Under the pieces are notes generated by a model. The model was not told the DNA's origin, did no database searches, and saw only the letters and a program-made list of their open reading frames with translations. Shown in pieces: positions 13,373 through 25,631 of a DNA stretch of 64,000 bases. The translations under genes were made by a program, and so were the position numbers. Every line of letters begins with the position of its first letter. Within the stretch, counting starts at the first letter, position 1. Source of the stretch: Octopus bimaculoides (Eukaryota); the NCBI RefSeq assembly GCF_001194135.2, contig NC_068982.1, positions 107,788,917-107,852,916 on the forward strand, written 5' to 3'.

Positions 13373-15301
13373 CTGCAAGTAAAAATAGATAAATATTAAA
13401 GCATATGGCTTTTTTCATAACATCAAGGATTTTATTTAAACTATTTCAAAAAGTAAAAACTCAATTCCAGAACTTCTACAACACAATTTTTACAGATAAT
13501 ACTTTTTACTTTAACTAAAAAAAAAAAAAAATGGTGCTCTGCAGAGTATTTTGCATATTTTAAAATAAGCCCCACCCCTTTATTTTTTTAGTCACATTTC
13601 TGAAACTTAGCCTATGTCCTCAGTCCTCCCCAGGTCACTTAAACTCTTCCCCAAGAACTGAGTTTCTGTGTGAATATTTACTTCTATATATAGACAATCT
13701 TATAGATTATATTTTAGATAGAGAAGAGATACACACACCCACATTAGTGGCGAACAACAAGAACAAGTACTCAACACCACATTGGTCGATTTCTTTTATA
13801 TGTGGATTTTCAACACTACCTTAGGTTTCATGTACTACAAGTTCATTATTTTTATGCTTTTCCATTTGGGGATTTGGCTTTGAAACCATACCTTTACCAG
13901 AGAAAATACTTGTACACTATAAACATGTTAAGCAAAAATAGTTCTTGTAAAATAACTAAAACCCAAAATCAGGAATCGCTTTTCTATAAAATCAAGCACT
14001 CAAATCAATTTGCAGTAAGCAACTCCTTTCTTTTTTAATCACTACTATACTTTAGCTTATCAATTCTTTAAGGAACAAAAACCATGTCAGCTCAAGCTCT
14101 AAACTTGTTAGTGACAAGAATCACTTTTAGAACACTTTCTACTAATGCTAAATATTAAGATATACTTTGGTAAATAGTAGATAGTGTTTAATTATGCTGA
14201 AAATAATCTGCCAATATTCTTTCCAAAGAAAAAAAAAAATTAGTAGCTTAACAGAAAACAAACGCCATATCTGATAACCTATAACTGAAGACAATAAATA
14301 AAGCAACCAATTCTCTGGTGGTAAAGAAATGGCTAAGTAACAGGAGGATGGTTTTAACAAACAAAACTTTCAGAAAAGATATAATGAATATATTGTTCAA
14401 AGACTTTAACTAGTATACACAATTTTGAGTGATGGGCAGAGTGATAAAACTGAATTGATAGGAAAGAAATGAAGTTAAAGCAAAAATAAGTAAAGAAGAA
14501 ATAAAACAGAGACATGAAAGACAATAGAAATGAGATGAAAGCATAAAACTAAAGTAACTGAACAAACAAATAAAAGAATTCACCAAGAAACTATTTGGGT
14601 TACCCATGGAGCACATTTCAACATAGGTAACCTCTGACACAACAATAATACACACCATAAACAATACTGTTTTAACTATCATTAAGATGGAGCAATGTAA
14701 CAAGCTAATTGCTAACTATAAAGTTTAATGGTTAGTTAGTTGCTTAATTTAAAAATAAATAAATAAAAAGAAAATATAAACTATCTCATTCTAACAAAAA
14801 TACATTTGTTGAAATGCACATTTGAAACAGCACAAACCATTCACTGTGAAAACAGTTAAAGAAACATTTAACTGATAAATAAACAATGTTCACATTATTT
14901 CATCTAACATGTTCTCATCAAATTTGAATTTAAATTCATTTCAAGAGGAAAGGTATCCACACTGTACTGACAAGAAAGTAACACATTTTCCTTCTCTACT
15001 TCCATGCTAGAAACTTGAAAATTTCAAATAAAAAAACAGAAAATTGTTGCAAGACTGAATAAATAGATCTACTGTTCTGCATTGCACTTAACATATGAGA
15101 AAAGCCCCAAAGCTTATATCAAAACTCCTTTTATTAACCTAGACAAAACAGACTTACAGAATTAAACCTAACCCAAAAGCGAAACTTAAATCAACTTTAT
15201 TTGCTTAAGTCACATAAATGTATATCTATTTTCTAGAAGCATTGGTTGTACATCCTGCTAGAAATTGTAACCGATCAGCTGCAAATTTTACCACAGAATC
15301 T

Positions 15302-15716
15302 TAAAAAGGAAGGATGTGTTTTTCATAATTTAGTCCCAGATATTGACTGTATGGACACAGCCGGGATATTTTTGATCACAAGTCAGCTCAGTCAGAGCTA
15401 AAGTGGGCTAAGCAACACCAACAATACTGGTAATCTTTGCGTAAAAATAATTCATAGGGCATTGTGCTTACAATTGCTAGATTGTGGGTTTGATTCCTGG
15501 ACTGGGTGGCACATTGTGTTCTTGAGCAAAACCTTTCATTTCATGTTGTATTGTAAGCACAATACCCTATGAATTATTTTTATACAAAGAGTACCAGTAT
15601 TGTTGGTGTTGCTTAGCCCACTTTAGCTCTGACTGAGCTGACTTGTGATCAAAAATATTCCAGCTGTGTCCACACAGTGTCTGGAACTAAATTATCAAAT
15701 ACATCCTTCCTTTTTA
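15302..15716. repeat. Long inverted repeat (~170-bp arms, 75-nt loop)
   Basis: 15302-15474 versus reverse complement of 15550-15716: about 90% identical by eye with a ~70-bp perfect core. Arms are SINE-derived and the loop is a SINE head fragment. Confidence 0.92.
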
Positions 15717-16907
15717 TGAACAATGAAAATAATTCATAACTTCACTGTTCATTTTACATGACATCTTGTAAATGATAACTCCCTTCCTTCCATTCAATCA
15801 GAGTAGAAGAAAAGAGGATCACAACTGCTTAAGATATTTACTATAGACATCCTTGCATTATAGAAGATTGCACTACTGAAAATCATGTGGGAAAATAGGT
15901 TTTATGTTCATATTACAGCAAAATTTCTAAGAGTGCAATGCTTCTGCAGCATGGGAGATGCTGGTATTAACGAAAACTAATTTCTCATAATCAGCATTGA
16001 CTGAAGGGCCTCTTAATTTGCTCCAGTTCACTAAGTTATCAAATTATTTAGTGGAAATACAAGTGAGAGCATTTTGAATCATTAGATAAACTAGCTATAC
16101 CAAATACGATGTCTAATGCACAGAACTNNNNNNNNNNNNNNNNNNNNNNNNNNNNNNNNNNNNNNNNNNNNNNNNNNNNNNNNNNNNNNNNNNNNNNNNN
16201 NNNNNNNNNNNNNNNNNNNNNNNNNNNNNNNNNNNNNNNNNNNNNNNNNNNNNNNNNNNNNNNNNNNNNNNNNNNNNNNNNNNNNNNNNNNNNNNNNNNN
16301 NNNNNNNNNNNNNNNNNNNNNNNNNNNNNNNNNNNNNNNNNNNNNNNNNNNNNNNNNNNNNNNNNNNNNNNNNNNNNNNNNNNNNNNNNNNNNNNNNNNN
16401 NNNNNNNNNNNNNNNNNNNNNNNNNNNNNNNNNNNNNNNNNNNNNNNNNNNNNNNNNNNNNNNNNNNNNNNNNNNNNNNNNNNNNNNNNNNNNNNNNNNN
16501 NNNNNNNNNNNNNNNNNNNNNNNNNNNNNNNNNNNNNNNNNNNNNNNNNNNNNNNNNNNNNNNNNNNNNNNNNNNNNNNNNNNNNNNNNNNNNNNNNNNN
16601 NNNNNNNNNNNNNNNNNNNNNNNNNNNNNNNNNNNNNNNNNNNNNNNNNNNNNNNNNNNNNNNNNNNNNNNNNNNNNNNNNNNNNNNNNNNNNNNNNNNN
16701 NNNNNNNNNNNNNNNNNNNNNNNNNNNNNNNNNNNNNNNNNNNNNNNNNNNNNNNNNNNNNNNNNNNNNNNNNNNNNNNNNNNNNNNNNNNNNNNNNNNN
16801 NNNNNNNNNNNNNNNNNNNNNNNNNNNNNNNNNNNNNNNNNNNNNNNNNNNNNNNNNNNNNNNNNNNNNNNNNNNNNNNNNNNNNNNNNNNNNNNNNNNN
16901 NNNNNNN

Positions 16908-16950
<43 letters not shown>

Positions 16951-17146
16951 GATAATTATCATCAGCATTTAACATTCACTTTTCCACATTTACATAGGTC
17001 ACATGGAATTGGCTGAGGCAGATTTTCTAGTCAGATGCCCTTCCTATTGCCAACATTCACCTGTTTCCAAGCAGGCATGTTCATAATGAAAGACTGGAAA
17101 TGAATAACATTGCAGTACAATGTGTTTAAGAAGTATGTGTTTCTAT

Positions 17147-17159
<13 letters not shown>

Positions 17160-17184
<25 letters not shown>

Positions 17185-17445
17185 GAATCTCTTGTCAAAG
17201 ATAACATGAGTGTTGAGCTTATGCTGAATGAGCTGCACAAATGATTCGTTTATAGTGATCAAATGTATGTGTTGTACATCATCTCACTCCCTCCAACAAA
17301 TTGACATTGTTTGTGCAGGTGCAAAAGTGTTCTACACATCAGATGCCAAAATGATTGCAGAACAACAGAAAATGAAAGATTTTGCTCAAGAACACAGCGT
17401 GCCATCCAGTCTAGGAATCAAACCCACAATCTAGCAATCGTTAGC
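17160..17445 (-). mobile_element. tRNA-derived SINE (family shared with 15460-15550 and 61300-61570)
   Basis: Reverse complement gattgctagattgtgggtttgattcctagactggatggcacgctgtgttcttgagcaaaa aligns to the 61.3-kb copy. Confidence 0.65.
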
Positions 17446-17459
17446 AACAGTAACACCTC

Positions 17460-17808
17460 GTTCAGAGATTTAACATTGCTTGTTTTCACTTTTTCGATAT
17501 CAGTGAATAACTTCACTGGAAAAAGACTTATATATTGCCAAGGGATTGTCATTCTCATCAAAGGTCGGCGATTATCGTACGCTGAAGAAGGGAAATAACC
17601 CTGAATCTCGGGTCCGTACGTATCGCAGATCAAGATGGGAAGGATAACTTCCCTTGGCAAAAATAGACAGGACACAGATATGTGTCGATAAGCCATCTGG
17701 AGGAGATGTTCTCCTGGGGCTAAAAGCAACAGTAACATCCACCCTTAGGGGTCAGCCACATTTAAATGGCAAATATACTTCACTTTATATATATATATAT
17801 ATATATAT
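17460..17808 (+). mobile_element. ~350-bp non-coding HHR-bearing retroelement (Penelope pseudo-LTR / retrozyme-like)
   Basis: Contains the HHR and several small hairpins and ends in (TA)n. ACACCTC at 17453-59 recurs after the tail (18278-84 in the duplicate) as a candidate TSD. Interrupts the head of a minus-strand SINE. Confidence 0.6.
17563..17631 (+). ncRNA. Type I hammerhead ribozyme motif (A15.1>U variant, probably impaired)
   Basis: Stem I cgtacg(17576-81)/cgtacg(17615-20); core CTGAAGA 17582-88; stem II AGGG-aaataa-CCCT; GAA 17603-05; short stem III; GTC cleavage triplet 17612-14. Distal stem I ggtcggcgat/atcgcagatc across a tat/t internal loop. Confidence 0.8.
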
Positions 17809-18031
17809 ACACCNNNNNNNNNNNNNNNNNNNNNNNNNNNNNNNNNNNNNNNNNNNNNNNNNNNNNNNNNNNNNNNNNNNNNNNNNNNNNNNNNNNNNNN
17901 NNNNNNNNNNNNNNNNNAGTAACACCTCGTTCAGAGATTTAACATTGCTTGTTTTCACTTTTTCGATATCAGTGAATAACTTCACTGGAAAAAGACTTAT
18001 ATATTGCCAAGGGATTGTCATTCTCATCAAA

Positions 18032-18100
18032 GGTCGGCGATTATCGTACGCTGAAGAAGGGAAATAACCCTGAATCTCGGGTCCGTACGTATCGCAGATC
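18032..18100 (+). ncRNA. Second identical copy of the hammerhead motif (possibly assembly duplicate)
   Basis: Exact copy of 17563-17631 at offset +469, across a 104-N gap. Confidence 0.55.
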
Positions 18101-18659
18101 AAGATGGGAAGGATAACTTCCCTTGGCAAAAATAGACAGGACACAGATATGTGTCGATAAGCCATCTGGAGGAGATGTTCTCCTGGGGCTAAAAGCAACA
18201 GTAACATCCACCCTTAGGGGTCAGCCACATTTAAATGGCAAATATACTTCACTTTATATATATATATATATATATATACACCTCTATTAACACTATAGTG
18301 GATAACAGATCACAGCAAATAAAAGAAATTTAGATGGCTGCATCTTTATTACACTCACTAAATTGATAGTTTAATTCAGAAGATTTAGGAGACCTGTATT
18401 TAGTTTCAGAGCATACCCTTCTACAACCTGAAACATATTTTAACCCAGTTTTAAACAGAGATGAGAAACATTTCAGGAATGCTATAATCCATTACTGATA
18501 ATACTACATTACAACCACCAAGAAGACTTGTCACACTTGAATTCATTTTTCCAGTTAACAGGGAGATAGAATTCAGAGCCTATGTACAAACTTAGAAGCT
18601 TCACTGACTATCTACCATAGTGCTTATGTCTTGATTTTTATATCATTAATTTTAGCTTT

Positions 18660-19040
18660 TACTTGTTCCAGTTGTTGGACTGCAGCTGTGCTGGGGCACT
18701 GTTTTTAAGGATTTAATCAAACAAATCAACCCCAGTATTTTTCTTTAAGTCTGCTACTTAGTCTATGGGTGTTTTTTTTTTTTTACTAAACTGCTAAGTG
18801 AAGGGGGACAAATTATCACTGGTTGCCAATCAGTAGTGGAGGACAAACACATCACATACACATATATACAAATATATGATAGGCTGCCACAAAGTTCCCA
18901 TCAACCAAATTCACTCACAAGGCATTGGTCAACCCAAGGCTATAGTAAAAGATACTTGCTCAAGGTGTTGTGCAGTGGGACTGAACCGAAAACCACATTA
19001 CAAATAGACCTTCTTAATCACACAACCTATAGATGCCTAT
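18660..19040 (-). mobile_element. tRNA-derived SINE with CORE-like ccttgggcaagt domain
   Basis: Same family at 6900-7085(-), 28310-28631 plus 29470-29535(+), 32310-32660(+), 45400-45725(-) and 61120-61290(+). Confidence 0.75.
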
Positions 19041-20661
19041 ATCTGATTTATTGTGCTTGCATGAATTAAGCAACATAGAATTTAGAGACAATTGAAAACT
19101 TATGACTCTTATAGCTGGATAAACAACAATTTTTTAAAACTTCAATTTAATATCTGTGAAATCAATTGTTATACTTATAACCATAGTTACTTTCAAGACT
19201 GCACAAACATGATTACCAAGATAGGATATAATAGCTAACAGATTGCAAAACATTTTAAGGAAATTGCATAAATTGCTTAGCAATTATGACCCCCTTGGCT
19301 GGAATTCACTCACAGTATTACACCCTTACTTTATCCCCACTCCTATAAAAAAATTTTTAAAAACTAAGAATGTATTCCCATGCATCACTTCAGACTTCAG
19401 TGATCAGCAAACGGGAGGGAGGTATGGAACCTATCCTTGTACAGAAAAAAAAAAATTACAAAAATTATCTTCAGAAATATTTAACTGAACACTCCTGTTC
19501 TAATGATAAGAAATGAGTGATAGATTGTGAAGTTTATTTAGAATAAAGAGATTAGTCACTGTAGGAAATCTTAACAGATACTAGACACATTTGAAATATA
19601 ACAAATGTTCAGTTGTCCCTTCCTCTTAACTAAACAAAAAGAAAAGAAAAACTACATTCTGTTCCTGATGTCTTTATTTTTTGCATTTTTTTTTAATTTG
19701 GAAGACAAATAATGAAAGTCAAAATTCCAATTAATGTATTTGGGACAACAACAAAAACCACATTTCTTATTGTAAAATCTTTGAAAGAATACTTTCGAAC
19801 AGGATAAAGTATTCATAGGTATTCTAGATTAGACAGGACTCGAACATCAAAATATTAAGAATTACACAGTCTATAAGGAAACTATCTAGAACAGTTATAG
19901 CAGATGAAAAACATTAGCTACAAAATGCCACTAAAGTAAATAAAACAAAATTCTTCATAAGTTTACACACTTTCAAAATAAAGAACAGAAAGTTATATTG
20001 AATGTCTTTTAATGAATCAGGTTTATAGGAAATAAAACATGAAAGATATATACTAAACAGAGACAACTGAATTTAGTATATAAGCTTGATGACTTGCCTA
20101 AACAAAACCATCACTGTAATTTCACTCCATGAGAGTCAATAAACTACTCCAAGTAGGCCATTTCTCCTCCAACCACCAACGAAACATACAACACAGACAA
20201 TGAATATAACAAAAACAACTTGCATAATTGTTTTAAATGCTCAATGTAGCCACTTCCAGTTAACAGAATCAACAACTAACAATGGCTATGCAATATAATG
20301 TGACAATAATTTCAAGTAACATACTCATATTCAAACATAAAACAAACATTTATCAAACTCTTTCCCAAATTCAGTCAACACCAAGCAAAAATGGGCATAA
20401 AATGAAAAATACACACATTGTGCCTAGACATGGTCCTGAACCTCCTCTCATCAAACACCAAAAAAAGAATATGAAAATGCCAAACTCAAAGAGCCTCTGG
20501 GATCATCAAAATAAAAAGTAGACAATAACAATAAACCTGGAAATAATTACTGAACTCGCTATCTTCAACATATCAAAGCGAGAAAGCCTCTATATGGTTG
20601 CTCTACTTGCTCAAAACAGACAAATCTCCACCAAATCAGTCCTTACTATCTTTAAAAAACT

Positions 20662-20704
<43 letters not shown>

Positions 20705-22586
20705 ATAGCAGTTGTACGCACACACGCAAACAAACAATCAATCAAATTAGCTGCAGCAACAAAAGCTATATCAAGTCCAAATTCTGAGTTGTTTGGCTAT
20801 CTGCTACCATAGAATCTTAAAAATAAAAAAAATAATAAAATTGAGACTTAATTGAAAGCTAAAATTCTCCTCAGGAAACACAAGAGTCTCTGAAAATGTA
20901 AAAGCCATAGTAGAACAGCTGTCACAAACCCTGTTACATTACACCCTACACAGCAACCAAAGATGGTATAATGTTCTACATGGCTCCAAGGAAGAGTAAA
21001 GTATGATTTTACTGGTAGTGCCCCAGCATAGTCGCAGCCTCAAGGCTGAAACATATAAAAGAATAACTCAGGGACTTAGATTGAAGAGCAATTTTCAGTT
21101 GGTTTTCACCATAGGTCTGTCCAGAACTCAGCAACAATTAAAAATAATCTACTAAACAAAATTACTTGATATGACTTACTATAAATTGCAGTGTCTAAGT
21201 AGACTTTTTAAGTCTATGAAAATTGTTATTACACTAAATAATGACCTATATGCTCCATATAAACCGCAAACATTTACCACTAAGTGGAACAACCAGCCTT
21301 ACAGTCATTGCACATCACTTCCTGTAATTCCAGCCAAACTGCCAAAAATATGTTTTATTAAAATCTGTTATTAAACTTAAGAGATTGCAGCTTAAATGAA
21401 CGAAAACTATACTAAACAATGTTTCCAAAAAATAATACACTAGAAACCTCAAGACTACAATTTAATATAATTTTTTTAAATGCTTTTTATGCAATTTTAT
21501 CATAAAACAGTTTCTTTGTAATTAGTCTTCTGTTTTAACATCAAAATCTTTCTTTGTAAAATCAACACTATTTTACAGAAGCTTTAAATCTTTGCTATTT
21601 TTTTTTCCCACTTAAACGTTTGAGTGTGTATGCTAGCTAAGGTAACTGTTTAGTCATTGACAATTTTCCTGATGTAATTTTCTAGTTCAAAATAATGACA
21701 GTTCTAACAGCACATTTATTCCCAAACATCTTAAAAGAGGTTTCACTTCCAGTCACACAACAGTTTTCTTTATTCCATACATATTCACTGCAGCACCAAT
21801 ATTTAAAGAGTTTGAAAATGAAATACTTTTCAGTGTAAAACTAAAGAAATAGTTGGAGATCGCAGCCAAGAGGAAGAAATTTTGAGCAATTAAAAAAAAT
21901 TGAATACATGAATATTAAACAGCTACAACTGATTAAGTAAGTCATGCTGGACTTTGGCTCCATAAAGTGTTCTTAGGATAGAGTGTTAGTAATGAATGGG
22001 TGTAAGCAAAATCATTTTCACTGTGGGGGACAGAGATCAGTAACAGATAATTTGTCTGATAATAGTTTAACACTGATGCTAATGGCATCATATTTGCAAT
22101 AGCAAATTTCAGACAAGGCATAACAACAATCTATAATCATATATTATATGTAGTGGTATGATCAGGGCATAATAACAGTATGCTGTGTATACCATTAACA
22201 TTTTATTGAAAGTGCTAATTTTGGATTAAAAAGTGTTCACTGAAAGAACTTTACTATTATATCTCAAGTCCATAATTTACAGTATAGTAAATGAAGGTTT
22301 TTAATAGTTGTTTGGTGACCTACATATAGATGATCCTATTGTCTAATTTACTTTTTGTAATTTCTTGTTAAATATGTAAGTTACTTTAAACAACAATACT
22401 TTAGTAAATGTGTGAGAGTTATGTTAAAGTGTACTATAATGTATCCATAGCCTTAAATCTGTTCAAGAAAGGAACGTAGTAGATGAAATTATTGCATAGT
22501 TCCAGTTTCAGTTACATTTGGTCATTCATCAGTTCATAGCTTTAAAGTCCTTGGCAAAAATTTGTTTGGCAGTTCCCTCAACTGTT

Positions 22587-22858
22587 AGTGCCACACCCTA
22601 ACAGTTGAGGGAACCCGTGGAAGAGGTAGGCCCAGGAAGACCTGGGCTGAGGTGGTGAGGCAAGACCTTCGTACATTGGGCCTCACCGAGGCGATGACTA
22701 CTGACTGAGACCTTTGGAAATGTGCTGTGCGTGAGAAGACCCGACAAGCCAAGTAAGATCGTTGCCAGTGCCCCTGGACTGGCTCTTGTGCGGGTGGCAC
22801 ATGAGATGCACCATTTTGAGCGTGGCCGTTGCCAGTACCGCCTGACTGGCTCCCGTAG
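22587..22858 (+). mobile_element. RTE LINE 3' fragment (short 3' UTR form)
   Basis: CHTLTVEGTRGRGRPRKTWAEVVRQDLRTLGLTEAMTT; runs into a gap. Confidence 0.85.
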
Positions 22859-23498
22859 GNNNNNNNNNNNNNNNNNNNNNNNNNNNNNNNNNNNNNNNNN
22901 NNNNNNNNNNNNNNNNNNNNNNNNNNNNNNNNNNNNNNNNNNNNNNNNNNNNNNNNNNNNNNNNNNNNNNNNNNNNNNNNNNNNNNNNNNNNNNNNNNNN
23001 NNNNNNNNNNNNNNNNNNNNNNNNNNNNNNNNNNNNNNNNNNNNNNNNNNNNNNNNNNNNNNNNNNNNNNNNNNNNNNNNNNNNNNNNNNNNNNNNNNNN
23101 NNNNNNNNNNNNNNNNNNNNNNNNNNNNNNNNNNNNNNNNNNNNNNNNNNNNNNNNNNNNNNNNNNNNNNNNNNNNNNNNNNNNNNNNNNNNNNNNNNNN
23201 NNNNNNNNNNNNNNNNNNNNNNNNNNNNNNNNNNNNNNNNNNNNNNNNNNNNNNNNNNNNNNNNNNNNNNNNNNNNNNNNNNNNNNNNNNNNNNNNNNNN
23301 NNNNNNNNNNNNNNNNNNNNNNNNNNNNNNNNNNNNNNNNNNNNNNNNNNNNNNNNNNNNNNNNNNNNNNNNNNNNNNNNNNNNNNNNNNNNNNNNNNNN
23401 NNNNNNNNNNNNNNNNNNNNNNNNNNNNNNNNNNNNNNNNNNNNNNNNNNNNNNNNNNNNNNNNNNNNNNNNNNNNNNNNNNNNNNNNNNNNNNNNNN

Positions 23499-24835
23499 GA
23501 AAAGAAGGATTTGGAAGCTTAAGAACCCTTATCATGGTCAGAAATTTAGGGATATCCTTACCGAGAAATTTGATGACAGGGAGAAAGAGCTACAGTCCTG
23601 TGACATAAAAGGCAGCTGGGAATTCCTGTGAGACAGCTTGCTGAGTGCCACAGACCAAATCTGTAGGTGGTTCAAAGTCCCTTCCAGACCTAGAGTAACA
23701 TGGTGGTGGAACAATACTGTAGATAGGGCCATTAGAGCAAAGAAACAGGTTTGGAAGGCCTGGAAGAGTGGGGGTAGCAAGGAACTGTATCAGACAGTGA
23801 AAAGGGAAGCTAGGAGACAGGTATATATAGCCAAGGGAGTAGCAGAAAAGAAGTTTGCCGGTGTTCTTTGGGGACCAAAGAACTGAAATATTTCAGATTC
23901 CTATGATGTCATAGGAGAGAAATGTGTCCGCATGGATGATGGTGCCCTTGTGTTAATGATTCTGCAAAGAAAGAGGCTTGGAAATGCTGTTATGAAAAAC
24001 TGCTGAATGTGGAGAATGAATGGGAAGAGAGGAGTCTGCCAAAGATTGACCCAATTGAGAAACCAGCTACCCAAATCGACAGTACCCTGGTAGATAAAGC
24101 AATTAAGGATATGAAGACAGGGAAAGCACTTGACCCATCAGGAATCACAGCTGAGATGCTTAAAATATCGGGTGGTATGGGTTATGGTCTTATCATCCGC
24201 ATCATAAATCAGGTAGTTCATGAAGGGGTCATATCCAATGACTGGTGTAGCAGCACCATAGTCAACTGCTACAAGAGTAAAGGTAATGCTTTAGGTAGAA
24301 ATAACTATAGGGGTATCAAATTATTGGATCAGGTGATGAAAGTTACAGAGAGGGTCATAGCTCAACTAATTAGGGAGAGAGTTAACCTAGATGAGATACA
24401 GTTTGGTTTTGTGCCAGGCAGAAGCACCACTGATGCTTTAATTCTGATAAGGCAACTGCAGAAGAAATATCTAGCCAAAGATAAACCTCTGTACTTGGCT
24501 TTTGCTGACTTGGAGAAAGCCTATGACAGGGTCCCCGATCCCTTATCTGGTGGTCAATGCAGAAACTGGGGATAGACGAGTGGTTGGTAAGAGCTGTACA
24601 AGCCCTGTACAGGGATGCTGTCAGTAAGGTGAGGGTTGGCAACAAGTATATTGAAGAATTCCGAGTAGAAGTATGGGTTCACCAAAAATCAGTCCTCAGC
24701 CCCCTCTTATTCATTATAGTCCTCTTGGCAATCACAGAAGAATTCAAGACAGGCTGCCCCTGGGAGCTTCTCTATGCTGATGACCTTGCCCTAATAGCCG
24801 AGTCACTGCCAGTACTAGAGACAAAGTTTAGGGTG
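23499..24835 (+). mobile_element. RTE-clade LINE ORF fragment (reverse transcriptase pseudogene)
   Basis: KAIKDMKTGKA, NYRGIKLL, QFGFVPGRSTTDA, FADLEKAYDRVP, HQKSVLSPLLF and LLYADDLALIAE in frameshifted + frames. Confidence 0.93.
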
Positions 24836-24837
24836 TA

Positions 24838-25631
24838 CATAGTGCTATGGGTAAAATGTTGCCATTTTATATTTTTAATTTCGCACATGTGCATTATTTG
24901 TTTTTGATTTTGTTGACTACACAGTATAGTAGGGTCAGTTGGGTACTGCTTGTGAGAAAAACAGCACCTTGATGCAATTTACTCAGCCAGAAATTTGGAA
25001 ACATGCTGTACTGCTAGGCATTCGCACCAGAAGCTCCAAAACGAACATTTCAGAGTGTTCGGGTGTCAATTTGAGGACATGTACCAAAAGTGATAAAAAT
25101 CAAACATCCACTCAGCATCATGGTGTTTGGAGTGAACACTAGTGATGCCGATGTCATGCATCCATTCATCTTCTCACATGGCCTCAGACTCAACACGGAA
25201 GCCTTTATCAAGTGCCTGGATGAGGTAGTGCTGCCCTGGGTCAAGAGGGTGGCTGCTGGAAGACCATATATCTGGCAACAGGACACTGCACCATGCCCCA
25301 CAAGGAGAACCTATTCATGGCTGTCAGGCAATTTCTGCATCCACATCACCCCTAACATCTGGCCACCTAATTCCCCAGATTGCACCCCAGAAGGCAAGGA
25401 TTATGGCAGCATTCACCAACTTACACGAGGAGACAGTCCAGAAGAGTTGCAGGAGATTCTGAAGTCGTCTGGAAACCATGGTTGAAGCAAATGGCAATTT
25501 TATTGAATAAATTTACTGTTTAGTATTTCAAGATATTTTTATGTAATTTTGGTAAATATCTGTTAAAATGAGATCTCAATTTTATTTTCATTTTTGCGTA
25601 ATTTAGACAACAGTTTATTCACCACACCCTG
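24838..25631 (+). mobile_element. Internally deleted Tc1/mariner (maT / DD37D-like) transposon
   Basis: N-terminus MQFTQPEIWKHAVLLGIR fused to KHPLSIMVFGV..DADVMHPFIF..WQQDTAPC..IWPPNSPDC. Right TIR ..caccctg|TA at 25631-33; diverged left TIR after TA at 24836-37. Confidence 0.8.

Noticed and set aside
16048-16975. Long ORFs spanning N runs (also 22585, 42735, 44103, 54881, 56758)
   Set aside because: Open only because assembly gaps contain no stops.
20150-20620. Possible very old Penelope GIY-YIG fragment
   Set aside because: Only weak partial motifs needing several frameshifts; not supportable without a profile search.
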